DNA of 64,000 bases, taken from contig JAKSQO010000001.1 in NCBI GenBank assembly GCA_024404095.1, positions 7,037-71,036 on the forward strand, given 5' to 3'. The stretch's first letter is position 1, and each line of letters starts with the position of its first letter. Position numbers and translations under genes: made by a program. Positions 62,761 to 64,000 of this stretch are shown in pieces. The stretch comes from Clostridia bacterium (GTDB lineage Bacteria; Bacillota; Clostridia; Oscillospirales; Acutalibacteraceae). The notes below the pieces were generated by a model that saw only the letters and a program-made list of their open reading frames with translations, was not told the origin of the DNA and searched no databases.

Positions 62761-64000
62761 TTAAAAATCTATAAAGTTCTGATTTTTATCAACGCACATA
62801 AAGCGTGAATAACCGCAGTATGAATCGGCATTCGGCTGTTTATCAGCCTCAGTAAGTGAAAAGATAAACTTGTTGAAATCCGAGCCGACCGCACATCCGA
62901 CGTGAGGCTCATTCTTTATTACCCACGTGTACTCAGGGAAAAGTGCGCTTGACAAATCGACTATGTTATCCGGAGAAACAAGCTTCGGGTCTTTAGCAAT
63001 GTAGTTTTCGCCGAGAGTTTCACCGAACTTCGCAACAGTTGCGCCGCCGAGCATAAGCTCAGTTTCAAGTGTGCCGTCCCCCTGCACGTCAGCTCTTTCG
63101 TATGCAGGTATCGGAGCGAGATTATAGCTTGCTACAACCATAACATTCATTCCGTTTGCCATCGCCTTTTTAAGCATCGTATCTCTGTTTTTAATCATAT
63201 CCTGTAAGGCATCAGCACGCTTTATAACACCGGCATATTCGCTCTTAAGCTCTTCTGTATTAAAGATGAAGTTGATACAGTCGTCGTATTCCTCAGGAAG
63301 AACAACCGCCCATAACGATGGCATTGTAGCGAAAGCGTCACGCAAAACCTCGTCATAAATCTGTCGCTTGTTTTTCTCGATAAATCTGTTGAGGAAAGAA
63401 CAACCGAAATCTATAATACCTGTCTTGTTAATTGCCTTAAAAAGAATTGGAAGAACAGGCACGTCGCCAATCATAGAAATCAGGAAATTAGTCAGCGTAT
63501 TGCCGTTAAAATCAATCTTACCGCTGAAAAGGTCAGTCGCAACATATGTACCGCAGAATGTCGAAGAGAGAAAAATGCAGTTATGTACGCTGTCGCTGCC
63601 GTACTTGGTAAGGTAAGCAAGTGCGTTAACACCGCCGAGACTTGCGGAAACAAGATTAACCTTGTCACAGTTGTGATCTTTCTTTGCGGTTTCAATCAGT
63701 TCGTTGATTTCATCCGCATTGTCAAGCGGGTCAAGCCTCCAGTCATAAGCATAAAAATAACAGTTCTCTGCGCCGTAATACTCTGCCGCATCACTAATAA
63801 GACCCGGTTCATACATATCGCCGACAGGTTTTCTTTCACACTCGGACAAAGCCTTTTTATACTTAGGAGACTGAATTTCATAAACCGAGTTTCCGTTTTT
63901 ATCACATCTGAAATACTTCAGCGCCTCGCTTGCGGTTGCGCAAAATTCATCAACAAAAACGCTTGAATCATGAAGAATTGAACCGAAAACAATCGCCTTA
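62761..64000 (-). CDS. Lipase/esterase-like alpha/beta hydrolase (LCAT/PGAP1-like), 5'-truncated by the window edge
   Basis: The reading frame stays open upstream of the track start (63849) to the window end (...KAIVFGSILHDSSVFVDEF...). The nucleophile elbow is SASLGG, and a YDWRLDP motif is present. It is a paralogue-like relative of 25331-27241. Confidence 0.65.
   Translation of the reverse strand, partial: KAIVFGSILHDSSVFVDEFCATASEALKYFRCDKNGNSVYEIQSPKYKKALSECERKPVGDMYEPGLISDAAEYYGAENCYFYAYDWRLDPLDNADEINELIETAKKDHNCDKVNLVSASLGGVNALAYLTKYGSDSVHNCIFLSSTFCGTYVATDLFSGKIDFNGNTLTNFLISMIGDVPVLPILFKAINKTGIIDFGCSFLNRFIEKNKRQIYDEVLRDAFATMPSLWAVVLPEEYDDCINFIFNTEELKSEYAGVIKRADALQDMIKNRDTMLKKAMANGMNVMVVASYNLAPIPAYERADVQGDGTLETELMLGGATVAKFGETLGENYIAKDPKLVSPDNIVDLSSALFPEYTWVIKNEPHVGCAVGSDFNKFIFSLTEADKQPNADSYCGYSRFMCVDKNQNFIDF

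Overview
The window looks like a chromosomal segment of a low/mid-GC Firmicute of class Clostridia. The spoIIM-like gene, BspA-type LRR surface protein and TAXI-TRAP genes suggest an Oscillospiraceae/Ruminococcaceae-like gut or rumen anaerobe, but that placement is inference only. I can support about 57 protein-coding genes, 2 tRNA genes (tRNA-Pro UGG and an initiator tRNA-fMet), one T-box riboswitch, a CsoR operator, a pyr-operon leader/attenuator, many rho-independent terminators and several near-consensus sigma-A promoters. Most of the content is housekeeping. It includes upp-rpiB-tsaB-tsaE, a SEDS protein, two CNNM/CorB paralogues, aminotransferases, uppP, an ABC-F ATPase, AlaX, LOG, a TAXI-TRAP transporter, a csoR-copA operon, putP and an 8-gene pyrimidine operon (pyrC-carB-pyrK-pyrD-pyrF-pyrE-pyrB-pyrI) that has no carA or pyrR in the window. 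No CRISPR array, transposase, prophage or recognisable multi-gene defence system was found. The most unusual items are listed here. (1) A complete T-box leader (21421-21724, minus strand) sits in front of a single 757-aa gene that fuses an XRE-HTH and a cupin domain to an AMP-forming acyl-CoA synthetase. (2) A monocistronic, AT-rich, pol-beta/CD-NTase-like nucleotidyltransferase gene lies just downstream of the initiator tRNA. (3) A 1293-aa secreted beta-helix/LRR protein carries a near-perfect in-frame 477-bp duplication and is followed by a co-transcribed 56-aa acidic ORF. (4) A small dispersed inverted-repeat family (TGTCATTCTGA...TCAGAATGACA) occurs at three intergenic loci. (5) A solitary SecB-like chaperone gene is present. 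All functional calls rest on motif and pattern recognition by eye, since no database search could be run.
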